NCBI GenBank assembly: GCA_964270895.1
Contig: OZ185438.1
Origin: Podarcis filfolensis
Taxonomy: Eukaryota
Direction: 5' to 3' (one strand)
Length of the DNA: 64,000 nucleotides
Every line of letters starts with the position of its first letter. Within the stretch, counting starts at the first letter, position 1. The translations under genes and the position numbers were made by a program. The notes under the pieces are model-generated. The model saw only the letters and a program-made list of their open reading frames with translations. It was not told the DNA's origin and did no database searches. Of the stretch, positions 1 to 12,679 are shown piece after piece.

Positions 1-124
1 TAGTGCTGGTATCCAATTCCTGAATTCTTTGATTACTGAAGGCCACGTTATGTAAGCAGCAAACAAAACCAGCCTCAAAAAACAGCTTTTTAGCCAACAG
101 AAAAACTTTTCCCCACACAAACAC

Positions 125-372
125 AGAAAGAAGAAGAGTTTGGATTTGATATCCCGCTTTATCACTACCCGAAGGAGTCTCAAAGCTAACATTCTCCTTT
201 CCCTTCCTCCCCCACAACAAACACTCTGTGAGGTGAGTGGGGCTGAGAGACTTCAAAGAAGTGTGACTAGCCCAAGGTCACCCAGCAGCTGCATGTGGAG
301 GAGCAGAGACGCGAACCCGGTTCCCCAGATTATGAGTCTTCCGCTCTTAACCACTACACCACACTGGCTCTC
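125..372 (-). mobile_element. tRNA/CORE-derived squamate SINE (Squam3-like), full length
   Basis: The minus strand starts with a tRNA-like head (GAGAGCCAGTGTGGTGTAGTGGTTAAGAGCGG...GGTTCGCG), has a CORE-like GGGTGACCTTGGGCTAGTCAC and ends in a (CTT)n tail. Closely similar copies lie at 12827-13072 and 56206-56470. Confidence 0.9.
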
Positions 373-1091
373 AGTCAAGCCAAATGGCTGAAAAACTGAG
401 TTTCCCAGGATCCTCAGCCCTTGCAAAGGAACTACTCACCATACCAGGGAACTCAGTTTCCCAAGCTCCCTCGCAACGACGAAGCCCGGCAAATGCAGAA
501 ACTGGGACAGACGCCTGTTCCTCTCTTGTGGGCACGATGCAGTGTGGATACAAGCGGGCAGACGAGGAAGGATGAGATCCCAGGCAAGGTCTAAGACCTT
601 CCTAGTCACAATGCTGGAGACCTACAGAGATCCACACTGGAAACTGGAAAGGGAAGGAAGAGGGATTGTCCCAGGTGTGGGCTGCTTAAATGGGCAAGGG
701 GCGGATCCAGGGAAGCCCATGGTCAGCCCTCGGATTCGCCCCCTGGCTCTGCCCAAGTCTCAGCCTGCATCCCCATTTGACCAAGCAGGGTGCAGGCTAG
801 GATCCGGTCTCTGATAGGCACAGGGCAGCATCCCTGTTACGTCCTCGAGGGAAGGGGAGCCATCCCATGCAAACTCACACACATACTGGTGAGCTCTCTG
901 TCGGCAAGAAGGAAGGAGCTCTCTGTGCAATTGCCCATTGTTATTGAGCTTTTAAGAGTTGTTGAGCTTTTTTTAGGGGGAGAGCTTCTTTAGGCTGGCG
1001 ATCACTGAGGAACCCACAATCTACCTGCGATCAACCAGAAACTTCTTGGCAATATCAACCAGTAGATGGCCATCAACCTGTTGGACATGCC

Positions 1092-1135
1092 TGGACTAGA
1101 TGAACCTTGGGATCCTTTACAACTCTACGATTCTA
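1092..1135 (+). mobile_element. CR1 LINE 3' terminal fragment
   Basis: GGACTAGATGAACCTTGGGATCCTTTACAACTCTACGATTCTA matches the CR1 3' hairpin plus (ATTCTRTG)-like end. Confidence 0.7.
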
Positions 1136-2248
1136 AGCATCCTTTCTAAGTTATGTGACTTCCCCTATTTATTCTAGGTTAAGACTTAATGCTGTATCAA
1201 ATTGATTTAATAAGTTTATGAATTCAAATAGTTAAATAAATTATTTTTGTGCTTGATACCTGTATCTGAACATCTTTAAGTTTTCTTCCTTAACAATAGG
1301 TGACCAAAAAGAATTTCAGCTGTTTTGTTATCTTCTTACTAAGCACAAGATAAATATTTATTAAGAATCTAAAGTGACTGTATGAGGATTCAGTAGAACA
1401 TAATTCAAATGTACACATGATTCCACACAGAGGCAAAGTGTGAAAGAATCCACATTCTCAATAAAACTGACTGATACAGCTTTAAGAAAAACAAAGGAAA
1501 ATAAAGTCCATCTTTTAAATGGATAAAGGCACTGAACTGAAACATTCCATGGATATCTCCACCCACAAAAAAGTCTAATTATGGTTTTCACAGAAATCAA
1601 TGAAAGACAGATGCAATAAAAGCAGTTCTGTATCTTCAAACTGAACTCCAATTAACATCCATCAGGAATTTCCAGCTGTCTAAAAAGAATCCTCAATCAA
1701 GAGAAAGGCTCTGTGCAAAGCACCTTTGAGAAAAGCATCTTCAAAGAAAGAGCTGGAGAGTACTCTTGTAGAAGCATCATATCACTGCTTGTGCAGGCAA
1801 GAAGGTTGAAATAACTGTGAATGAAGAAAGTTTGAAGAAAGCACCACAAGGAGTTAAGTTTATCTTTACTCATAAGTCAGCTACCTGATTTGGTGAAAGT
1901 ATTTTGATTTAACAGTGACAGGATATAGTATTAATTATAATTTGTAATGACACTAGCTGCAAAAAAACCCCAAAACCCTTTGTAAAGAAATTTGGAAGGA
2001 AGAGCTATTATCTATTGAAACTGGTATGCCTCTTTTCTATTGTTAGCCATTAATAAATCAATCAGTTTTATTTACAATTTTATGAGGGGTTTAACACTCC
2101 AAACAAAGATATATATTAAAACAAATAATCCTGTTATATGAGGAACAATATTGCACAATATACCCCACGGAATAGAAGCCAGCCCATATAAATAGGTACA
2201 CAAAAAGGGATTTCAGTGAAACAATGAAATGGCTCAGAACCACAATAC

Positions 2249-2428
2249 CACAAGGACTGCCTCTCTCTATGTTAACCAACCCGGACCCTGTGATCAGCAT
2301 CTGAGGTTCTTCTTTGTGTGCTTCCTCTGTGAGAGGTCTCGAGAGTGGCAACACAAGAACGGGCCTTTTCTGGAGTGGCTCCCTGCTAATGGAATGCTCT
2401 CTCCAGGAAGGCTCGTCTCGCGCCTTCA
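2249..2428 (-). CDS. Candidate internal coding exon (phase 1-1) of the unidentified minus-strand gene
   Basis: 180 nt bounded by TTTTTTCCTCTTAAACGTATGTAG| and TG|GTATTG. The frame is open (KARDEPSWREHSISREPLQKRPVLVLPLSRPLTEEAHKEEPQMLITGSGLVNIERGSPC) and local CpG is raised. Both splice sites are only moderate and I do not recognise the peptide. Confidence 0.3.
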
Positions 2429-2537
2429 CTACATACGTTTAAGAGGAAAAAATATTCCTCTTCTGCCAGGCCTTTGACTGATTAAACAATCTATGACCTT
2501 TTGAACTGTGGGGGCCTTGTTTTTGATTGCTATTATG

Positions 2538-2565
2538 CTCTCTCTCTCTCTCTCTCTGTGTGTGT
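2538..2565. repeat. (CT)n(GT)n microsatellite
   Basis: Seen directly in the sequence. Confidence 0.95.
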
Positions 2566-4264
2566 ATAGCAAATCGCCATGTCATCTTGAGATGAAGGGT
2601 TGTATGGAAATTTTAACAACAGCAGCAGCAACCACAATGTGGCCGTGTTTCTAGGGCCGCTGCGGGTGTGGTCATTTCTGTCTTGTTTTTGTCTTTTTTA
2701 GTTGTTCTCTACCTCCCTTTCTAGGATGAGTACACATTGGGTATGGCAGCTGATCCACCAGCCTAGTAGAGCCATATCTCCAGTCCAAGTGTAGTGTAAG
2801 AATAGGATTGCTCGTTTGAAGCAAGCTGGATATATGACTAATAGGAGCACTAAGTACTGAAAAGTTGGCACACAAAGTACTAATGAGCACATTTGCTGAT
2901 AGTTAATAAAAGCAATTATTGAAATGTTGCTTGTTATTTATTATTAATAATAAGGTAATTACATTAAAGGTCCAGTAATTCATATAAATAGGTTACTAAT
3001 GTGAGGAAATGACCCTGGGAGATATATTAAGTCATTAGTTGATTGGTTCTTATTGGTAATTATACTTTCCTTTGGGAAAGTAAAGATTCCCCATGAGGGA
3101 ACCAGTAAAACCAGTGTACTTTGATAATTTTCTTATAAGAATGCTTTTTGGGGGTGGAGGGGCAGAGGACTGCTTGCATGACTATAGGAAGGTGAGATGG
3201 AACTAAGTTAATATCACACAATGAGAAAGTGTCCAACCTTTTCAGTAGAAATTTTTGATCTAAAATTTCCTGGACACAAAACTTTTACCTCATTCTGTTC
3301 CTGTTTATACCTCTCGGGTAGAAAACAAGATACAAAACAAATATCACTATTAAAATAATTTTGCTCTTATTTGTCTTTATTTTGAAAGACTACAGTGTTG
3401 AGCAAAAGTAGGGTCAGTGGAGTGCATGCGAATGCTGTGATGCCTTTGTAATTTGTCCTAATATATGCAACAATTCCCTTGATTCTACAAGTAACTCACC
3501 ACTGTTATTAGCTTCTATATGTAATCCAGTGCAAGAGAGGTTAGCAGTAGTAAAACAATGCAACAATGACAAAACTCCAAAAAGGGAAATACACTAGACA
3601 GCTGCAGAAAAAGACAAAAGCCAAGACCACATATAGTGCCACCTTAAAGACTTAAAAAACATTATTGTGGCATAATCTTTCATAGGATACATCCCATTTT
3701 ATCAGATGTACCCTACTCTAAGTGTGTAGGTTTATATACCCTGAGACAGAAGTAAAAAAATGTATGATGATTTTTACAAAGAACCAAACAGTGAAAATGA
3801 CAGCAATGGACATGTCACAGAGCATAAATGAATGCAAAATCCAATCGAATGACTAGAAGATGAAGTCAGTATGGGTGGATCCACTCCTGAGTAACTGCCA
3901 CTAGGGTGATGAATAGGAAGCAAGACTAATAGTGTAAACAAACACCAAAAGAGGGATAATTTATCTCTGAAGCAAGCTAGCCATCCCAAGGATTTAAAAT
4001 GAGATTCCACAGAACCAAATATGCTAATGAATTCCAGGCCTGAGCTTTTCCGCTCAAGCCTCCCTCTTCGTTGGATAACAGTGACTCTTAGGTCTGCTAC
4101 AGGAAGTCATGGAAGAGTGAAATGTTCTCCTGCTGCTTTCTGAATGTTACCATTTTTAATACCTAATTTGTAATGCCTGATGTAGGTGGTGACAAGTTTT
4201 TCCTCCTGGGCCTGCCCTGTAGTGGATCTTGTCTGACTTTTTGTTTCTGCAATCTTCTACCAGT

Positions 4265-4425
4265 CTAGAAGTCATGGAGTATCCTGGGAACTGTGGTTTG
4301 TTAAGGGTGATGGAAATCAAAGATCTGTGAGGTTAGCACCCTTAACAAACTACAGTTCCCAGGATTCTTTGGGGAAAGTCATACCTGTTAAAGCGTTTGA
4401 AGAGTGCTTTAAATGTGTGGTGTGT
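4265..4425. mobile_element. Palindromic non-autonomous DNA transposon (MITE) remnant
   Basis: Internal inverted repeat 4281-4309 / 4337-4365 (ATCCTGGGAACTGTRGTTTGTTAAGGGTG) with 28 of 29 bases complementary. Confidence 0.65.
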
Positions 4426-4520
4426 ATAATGTATAAAAGATGCTCATGAAGAAAATCACCATACATACATGTTGCTCAGAAGCATCTCTGACTGACTGAC
4501 CATACCTGTTTACCTGTCAC

Positions 4521-4691
4521 CTGTACCCCTCACAGTGATCAACTCCTGCCCAGAAACCTATGCCCCCACCGTGGAAGGACGTGTGGATCCAGAGTTGGCC
4601 TTCACAGTCACTTACGGACTCACTGTTAAAACTGTGTTCATGGAAGATAATCCTACTCGGCTACAAGTGATCACCAAAGAAAGAAGAAGAT
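4521..4691 (+). mobile_element. 5'-truncated RTE-clade LINE 3' end with 15-bp TSD
   Basis: Perfect direct repeats CTGTTTACCTGTCAC at 4506-4520 and 4692-4706. One frame reads LCPHRGRTCGSRVGLHSHLRTHC*, an RTE-type C-terminal C2H2-like motif. The element ends in an A/G-rich tail (AAAGAAAGAAGAAGA). Confidence 0.8.
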
Positions 4692-5984
4692 CTGTTTACC
4701 TGTCACAGGTATTGCATTATAATTGGAATGACCACTTTTACAGAAGCATGTCTACAACTAGTGCCTTTGTTTACTATTGGTTGTATACCGGAAGCAATAA
4801 CTTTCCTGCTGCAGAATGATGATTCCACTCAGTGACTCCTCTGGAAGCTTACACAATAACCAAAGAAAAGATACTCGGTTACCACTGGTAGAATTCTGCC
4901 ACATTATTCATTGGTGAAGGAAAGAAAATTGAATTTAATCATAGAACCGTTTATGTAGCTTCCGTGAAGAATCTAGGCACTCACTGGCATCGGAGAGGGC
5001 TTTGGCATGCCTGCGTTAGTTTCTCAACACAACAACCCATCTCCAACTTAGAACGTATGAATTTTGTAGATGGAATATTGTCTAACAAAGTGTTTCTGCC
5101 CAATATCTGAGGGGAAAATATCAACATAGCTTGTCAAGATTTTGTATGGTATAAGAAAAACACCAACATTATTTCACAACCCATTATTTTCACAAGAATA
5201 TGAATCGAGGAGATAAACAATGTCAATTTCCTCAGAGCACACTTATTATAGGATATTGTTTGAACCCACACTAATGACTCCTCGAGGTTAGTTATTACAG
5301 TGATTAGAAGCTAGGAGGATATTTTCTGTGGTGCTACAGAACAGAAAGTCAGCATTAAGAAAACCTTAACAACCCAGTGAAAGTAATGGCCTGAGTGCGC
5401 AGTCAGTGCTTCTGCTGTTTTAAACAAGGGAAATAAACCGAGCAGAAGCTGAAGCAGTGAACTAACTAGATCTTTGGTTCTCCAAATCAATAAGCTGTTT
5501 TATTTATGAAAAGTAAATGCTGTATAGATGGCCTTCACTCACTTTTCACCCCATTCAGGCTCCTTTTTTTATTTTTATAAGTAAGCTATATGGTAACAAA
5601 GGTATTTGTTGCAAAGCTCGTCAATTCAATAGAAATCCTGTATTTCAAATGATGAAAATGCCCACATTGGGGGAGAGATGTATAAAACCTCCTCAATTAT
5701 TTCTGCAGATATTTCTGCTTAACTAAACAGCAGCACTGTACATTTGGAGCCCTTTTTCACAGAAGCAGGTATTTCATTTTTATGGGTAGAAAATTCCGAA
5801 GTATTACTTTGCAGGTTGTCTTATATCATTTGCCATTTACATTTGAAGAGATTCAACATATGGTACAACATATGGTTCCCTGTTAAGAAAGTACAGACCT
5901 GGCTTAATCACAGAGCAGTCCTGACTCAGAAGGCAACCCACAAGCCTGCCTGGAGCCACAACTCTAAGCCTCTCTATATATCCC

Positions 5985-6250
5985 TTGGAACTTGCCCCAA
6001 GCCACACCCTTCCCCTTGCTTCAAACCCAAGTGTTTTTGCTGGGCTGGAACATGATAACAACCACTTTCCCTGCTCTGGGTGGGCAGTGGTTGCAGGCCC
6101 TTGCAGACTGCCCTCAATTCCCAGGGCAGCCAGGAGTTACATCCCTGCAGCTGGCCACAGAGCTTCCAGCAGTGGCCCGGGGATGGCCACCTACATAGAT
6201 TAGCACCTTGGGGGTGGCCAGAATCCTTGGCATGGCGCTGTTCAAAATTT
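5985..6250. mobile_element. Degenerate DNA-transposon-like repeat fragment (hAT-like); related piece at about 35750-35860
   Basis: The motif CCCCAAG...CCCAAGTGTTTTTGC(T/C)(G/T)...GCTGGAA is shared between the two loci. The superfamily assignment is tentative. Confidence 0.35.
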
Positions 6251-6394
6251 CAGCCCTCTAGCGGAAGGCTGGAATGGAATTACATTCGAAGCCTGAAGTT
6301 GTGGCTAATTTTTATCCCAGATTGTTGTCTTGTCAAGTCTGTTCCTTTACACCTAGAAAATTGTCTATGGGGAAATGTGCTCCTTGTGTTGCAA

Positions 6395-6530
6395 ATAATA
6401 ATAATAATAATAATTTATTATTTGTACCCCGCCCATCTGGCAGGGTTTCCCCAGCCACTCTGGGCGGCTTCCATAGAAAACCAAAAATACACTAAAATAT
6501 CACAGATTAAAAACTTCCCTGACTTCTCAT
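6395..6530 (-). mobile_element. L2-clade LINE 3' tail
   Basis: (TAA)n followed by TTTGTACCCCGCCCATCTGGC..GGTTTCCCCAGCCACTCTGGGCGGCTTCC is the reverse complement of the 3' end of the L2 at 18025-19184. Confidence 0.85.
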
Positions 6531-7089
6531 CTCTGGTATATATGGACAAAACCTTCCCTTTCCTCCCTGCCCCCCAAGGAAACTTATTCAGGGTATGGAA
6601 ATGTCTAAATGTGCATAGATCGATACTCCAAAATATTAGCATGGCTATGGCGCATGCCTGTGTTTGCAACTGCAGAATTGTCTAGTGTACCTCTTTCCCC
6701 ATTTTTTTCCTTAACATTTACTCACAAATGTGATTTGCTATTCTGTAATTTAAAATTATTCCTACTATATGTGACGCTCATTTTTTGGTATCATCAGCAA
6801 CCAGTTGTCTATCTCTTCTTATCCTTTCTGCATTAGAAAGTAACTGCTTTGAATTCCATGCTGCCTGGTAAGCAACCAACCCAGATATCACAAAAGTCTA
6901 TTCACAAGTGGAAGCACTTGTGAATGCGGTATGGCAGCAATATAAAACACTGTAATATTAAGAAAGTCATGGGGGGAAAGTTACTGCCTAGACACACATC
7001 TAAGTAGAGATGCAGAATTGGGAAAACGTATCTCTAAAACACATCATTTGAAGGGCACACCTCTTCTCTAGGTCAACTTTCTATACACA

Positions 7090-7265
7090 GAAAGAGAGCT
7101 TGTTGATCAAATCAAATACTGTAATCCAGCTATCACACTCCTTCTCATCATGGTCAACCAGATGCATCTTGAAAAGTCCACAAGCAAGGCACGAGGGCAA
7201 CATTCTTGTCCTATTGTTGCTACCCAGCAACCAGTATTCAAAACACAAGTAAGGTCCATAAGAAA
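7090..7265 (-). mobile_element. Old CR1 3' end fragment
   Basis: The minus strand reads GAATACTGGTTGCTGGGTAGCAAC...TGCTTGTGGACTTTTCAAGATGCATCTGGTTGACCA..., resembling squamate CR1 3' UTRs. Confidence 0.5.
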
Positions 7266-10200
7266 ATATTGCTGTGTTGCCTACTGCCAGTTATGCCCTC
7301 TTGCATTTCCCCTCCTTCCTGGTTTTCTATCTCAGCCATGAAAACAGTCACCCAGCATTCCAAAGCCACTGAGCATGCTCTGTCCTCCATGATGCTCACC
7401 CATTTCCCAGTGTCCTCCAGGTTTTTTTTTTTTTTTTAAAAAAAAACATTTTACTTCTGGAAATCATGTGTTTCTTCCAAGCCTGTTGATCTTCAGCCAT
7501 TTTGGCTACTTAAAAACTGCCTCAGATCCCTTAAGCACTGTTGCTCACACCTGCCAGGTAAAGCTTGTCTGATAGGATGTGGGATAAAGCAAGTGATTAG
7601 TGTGGTAGTGGCAGCAATCAGCTGTGCTATGTAAGGGCTCTGATGGCAGCAAGAGCAGTAAGGCTGACAGCAGGAGGACCTGGTGCGGGGGACAGACTGG
7701 ACCAGTGATGGAACCAGTGGTTGCACTATGCTGAGAGCCCATAAGTCTCATGCATCCACTGCTTTGTCTATCATGTCTGCAGTGGCAGACTTTGGCCTTT
7801 AAAATTTCAGCAGTGCCTTGTGCAATGCCAAAATTTGGCACCTTACCACCTCTCGACTTCTGTTGTTTGTCATTGTTGCTGTACCCCCTGTGGCCCCCTG
7901 TTGGCTCGGCACCCAGTGCAGGCAAACCAATCGAGCTCCCCTAAATTGGCATCTGATAACTGATTGGTTACTACATAAAAATCAAACACTGCTGTGGTCA
8001 TACGTGACATCCTTGCTTGCTAAAACAAGGGGACTTAACTGCATTATGGAAAAACATGTTAGCGGAAAATACAAAGGTTCCAAATTCTTGTAAACAAGAA
8101 TGCATGCTATGTGAGCTGCAGTTATCTGTCAGCTGACATTTCACTTGGAAACATTCAAGGAAGGCTGGAATCTTATTAATGTTGCTATCAACTCAGAAAA
8201 AGTTCTTTTTGCTATAGCAAGAGTTAAGGTTGATCATCCTAAAAAATGTATTTTGTGAGATGCCGCTTTCGGCCTTGTAATTTATAAGTCAAAGGGCCAA
8301 GAAAACAGTAAGAAAACCAAACACCTGAAAAGTAATTTATGACACAGGCATTTTGAGTCTACAACTCTTCGGAGAGGTAAATTCAACAGAGGAAACAATT
8401 TGAGGGATCCAAAGTTATTAAGGTTAACAGTTTCATAATATGTTATTTTCAAAGTGTGCCTACCAGGCCAAGGAGACAAGTCCCATTGAACAGACATGGA
8501 TTCTTCATAATTGTCAAAGCTAAGTGTACAGCTGATAACTGGAAATGCACTTGGTTTTACATTTTTTTGTTACAGACTTCTACACAGATGACTTACCTTA
8601 CAGCAAGTGAGTCTGTAGCTGTTTGGTGCTTTGTAACTCAGAAATGTTTGCTGTTTTCTGGAATTGAAAAAGTTAAAAAGAGAACATGATGATCATGGAA
8701 GATTTAGTGGAATTGGCTTGTCAAAATGATGAAGCAGAAAGGGCTTTTATAGAGTATGTTCACAACAAAAAAACTTTAACATAATGTATAAAAGTGCAGA
8801 GTGGCTTTTGTCACGGCTAAGGAAAAAAAGCAGTATCATTAATTCAGACAGTAAGTGTAAGACTCTGTTGAAAATCTCCTTGGGATAGATCACAGAATTA
8901 TATTCTTGGCTAGATAAATGGAACCTGGCAAGTCCCAGTTCTTGTTGCGATGCTTTATAAAATGCCATTGGGTTTCTGCAGTCTGTCATCTCCAGTACAT
9001 GATAAGAAAAGGGTTGGGCTGTTTTCTTCAGTATCTATCTACAATCTTACTGAAGGCTACAAATGTCTAAAATGGAGGTGGGGGGAGGCTCCAATAAAGC
9101 TATCTCTTAAATACATTCTATTCACATTTGTTACTTTCTCCAGATTTAATTATGAGAAGCTACCTTATTATGAAACCTGCAACAAAGGCTTGGCTCAAGA
9201 AACTGATGCCCAAACAATGCTCTGTTTCCTTCACACTCCTGATACACAGTCTGCCCAATCATTCAGACCATAATCCCCTTTTTTGTTTCCACATCTAGAC
9301 TCTCCATACAAGGTCATTAAAACACCTGTACCTCTTAATATTTTTTTCAGGCTTCCTGCTCAGAGACGGTGCTCTATTATGCTTTTTAAAATAGTAAATA
9401 AGTAAGTAAAGCGAAGTGGAAAATATTTATGCTCGGTCAATCTAGTTGAGGTGGGGAGCAACAGCGAGAAACAGAAGGAAGTGAGTGACCGTGATGTATC
9501 TCAAGTCAAGTAAGAGAATAAAAATGCCTCAGAGAGCTACTGATATGTTGTTTCACCTTCAGTGTTAGGTAAGGCCATGAGAACAAATACAAAGGGAAAA
9601 TGTATTACAAGTCATTATTATCAATACAAGCCAAGCCTCATTAATTGATTTACAAATGGGATGGGTTTCAGCCTGACATTTGAAATTGTATCCTGCAATC
9701 CTTCCCATCCATCATATCTGGGTAAGGCTTCACGTTAAGCCTTTTCTCTTTGGGATTACTCATGAGAATGGGATGCTTTCTTATTCACAGACCTGTCTGC
9801 AGGGAGAGCAAAAGGCTCTTATTTAAAATGCTGTCCCTCCTTGCCAGACAATCTTTACTTTGTGAAGAGCTGCAGCAGGCTCGCAACTAGGAAAAGCTCC
9901 ATTTTAAACAGGAGGTTGGAGATGTCCCAGCCAGCTGGTCTGCTCATACGTTTCCAGTGAACTGCTTTTCATAGCAGGATGGGTGCTCACTCATGAACAA
10001 TTATGTTGTTTCTAGTTGTGGGTTGCAGAGCAAAGCAGTAGCCTAGTTCACACATATCATTCTGAAGCGCTTTGTTAAAGAGCGAAAGAACAGATTCCTG
10101 CAGTGCTACCTCTTGCAAGCTCAACATTTGGTAACACTTTTATTAGAACCAACCCAAATGTCTCAGAATATTGGGCAAGCTTTTGAACTCTTTATGAGAC

Positions 10201-10399
10201 TGAATGCCAAGCAAAAGGAGATGGGGAGAAAAAGAGAAAAAGCCCACTTGATGTTGAAGTCTACATTTATCACAGTCTAAAGATGGAGGACACAGCAAAC
10301 ATAGCTGGATTCTGTGCTAGCTGATTTCCATATTTTTGTTGAAAGTTACATTAAATTATGGCAAATATCTGGCTGTTATATTTCAACAGCGTAAGAACT

Positions 10400-10475
10400 G
10401 ATTTGCTGGATCAGACCAGTCTACCCAGTCCAGCATCCGTTTTCCAACAGTGGCCAAGCAGATGCTTCTGGGGAC
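10400..10475 (-). mobile_element. CR1-type 3' tail fragment
   Basis: The minus strand reads GCATCTGCTTGGCCACTGTTGGAAAACGGATGCTGGACTGGGTAG...CTGATCCAGCA. Confidence 0.55.
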
Positions 10476-11299
10476 AATGAAGGCATGATGAAAATTGCCT
10501 CTCTGGATTTTTTTTTTAAAGAAGCATTTTTACAGAAGCTCTCCAACCCCGCCTCATTTTATTCTTAAACACTATACTCACACTAATCTCTTTGAGCACC
10601 AATAGCATATTTCCCATTCAGACATAAAAGATAATCAGTAGCTTCCATGCATGTTCCTGAGTTTGAATTTTACACTTTCCTTTCCTGTTGGTCGCTTCAT
10701 TACACAGCAGTCCGGATACCAAAACACTATACTTTTTAAAAAATGCAGACCCTGCTTTTTCATTCAAGCCAACACCTGAGTCTTTGTAAACCAAAACATA
10801 ATGTCTAAATTCAAGGTGTCTGTGATGTTCTTTTAGAACTGTATAACCCCAAAGTACTCATGACTACTGCATGTAAAACTGCTGAACATAAAAACAGCAA
10901 GGAATTTCAAAAAGCCCAAACTAAATGCTACAATATTCCATAAGTCCTGCCTTGGTGTCCCCACCCCCCCATAAGGTGCAGCTACAGAATCCCATGAAAT
11001 TTTGACTTGACATCACACCCACAGTAAGATGGCATCACATATTGCTTGCCCCAGGCACATAAGGTGTGCAGCCTGCCTGGGATGGGTTGGCCCTGGCATG
11101 AAGGCCGCTCCTTGACATGGCTCAAGTGTGTCATTCCTGCCAGCACCGCCTCTTGGAAGGTATGCTATGGCTCATTGGCCCCCATGTGGGCTCCTGGACA
11201 GCAATTCTCCTTCCTGGACCTTTTTAACGGGCTAACCTGATGTTAAAGAATACCACCCAATGCTTTATCTCCCAAAGTTGTGATGTCTGCTAAGAGGCA

Positions 11300-11720
11300 G
11301 GTGAAATCCTGCAAACACGCCAATTAGACTGCAGGAAAAAATCCTCCCTGGCCCCAAAATATGATGGCCAAGAATTCCATAGCAATGTCCTCACACTGTT
11401 GAGCCCTATCACCTGTGGGCTGAAAGATAACAATGTGTGTGTGCGGGTGGTGATCCAACGTTGATCTGCTCCACACAGGCAAGAGGCAGAGTGCCGTTCC
11501 ACTTAAAAGCGGGAAGGTGGTCTTGGCTGCCACTAGGCCTCCACCCCTGACCAACCCCATGGCGCTCTCCTGATTGGCTGGATTAGCAGCCAATTTTGTT
11601 CCAGGAAACGTGCGGTTGGAAGGGGGGAGCTCGCTTCGCCTTCTGGCCACACATAGCGACCCTCCTCCTCTGTTTCCAGGTTCCCGGCCTGCTGCATACT
11701 GCACCAGGCAGCAAATGGCA
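11300..11720. promoter_or_regulatory. GC/CpG-enriched promoter- or enhancer-like segment
   Basis: GC and CpG are locally raised against the AT-rich background. Opposed CCAAT boxes sit at 11573-11577 (ATTGG) and 11590-11594 (CCAAT). I recognise no repeat motif here. Confidence 0.3.
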
Positions 11721-12679
11721 CCACCCACAAAGGACACGACAAGCCTTCATTTTTGCTGTATGTCCTATCCTCCAAGACCAAAATAGCAAGATTCCATACC
11801 AAAGTATACATGCAGAGAAACACTACTGGCCACAACTGCTATACAGTATACCGTAAGCTGCAGCCACACAACTTCATGAAACCTAGTTTACACATAGATT
11901 TGGAAGAACTAGAATTCAGAGCAGCAGAAAGAGGCACGTTATAAAAAAATATAACATAAAGTTATTTTCCACAAATTGTAACCCTTTCCAATATGTTAAA
12001 CTGAACACAGAATTAACTGTACATGCAACATCATTTGAAAGAAAGCAAACACCTTTCTTTCTTCTAGAAAGCTAAAATGAAGTGAAATGAGGTATAAGAA
12101 CATATTTTAAATATAAGGAACCTTTACCTAGTAGTTTATAAATACACTGCCATAATGCACCATAAGAGAACAGATTCCCGAAATCATGAGGACAGTACAT
12201 TACCAGATTAATATTAATCTCTAGAGTGCTAGATTAATTTCCTGTCCATGTTAATGTCCTTTTGATTACAACAGAAAATAATCATTGGGGGGTGGAGAGA
12301 TCTTTCAATTGCAAAAGTAGCTAAGACTTAAAACATTAACAACTTTTAGAGCTTTTAGCCCAATATGTATAATTAAACGTAAAAAGCTAGGTCAATGCAA
12401 TGTTATCTCTCCCCCTCCAGTTGTGCAGAAGTCATAGAAATTTGGGGTCAAAGTTTACACAATAGATTCCACACTGGCTTCATTCGCACCGATGAAAAGA
12501 ATCTCTACTGAATTCAGTGTGTTTACTGCAAACAAAAGAACCAATCAAGTGTGTGGGTTGTGGATGGATGAGAAATTTATCGTGCTTATGTAAACAGAAA
12601 TACAGAACAGTGCATATATTTTATTCACATATTAAAAATGTTTAAATCATAACAATCTGCTCAAATACTTCCTGAGACA

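Noticed and set aside
140-391. Paralogous small ORFs at 140, 12841 and about 56250
   Set aside because: They are antisense translations of three SINE copies.
1440-1700. Possible hAT transposase C-terminal remnant (ESTFS, IKAVLYLQT)
   Set aside because: Only two very short motif resemblances in different frames, which is too weak without a profile search.
4535-5330. Apparent long decayed reading frame suggesting an endogenous viral gene
   Set aside because: Its first ~52 codons are an RTE insert read in the wrong frame. The remainder has several stops and no motif I recognise from parvo-, circo-, borna-, hepadna- or retroviral proteins.
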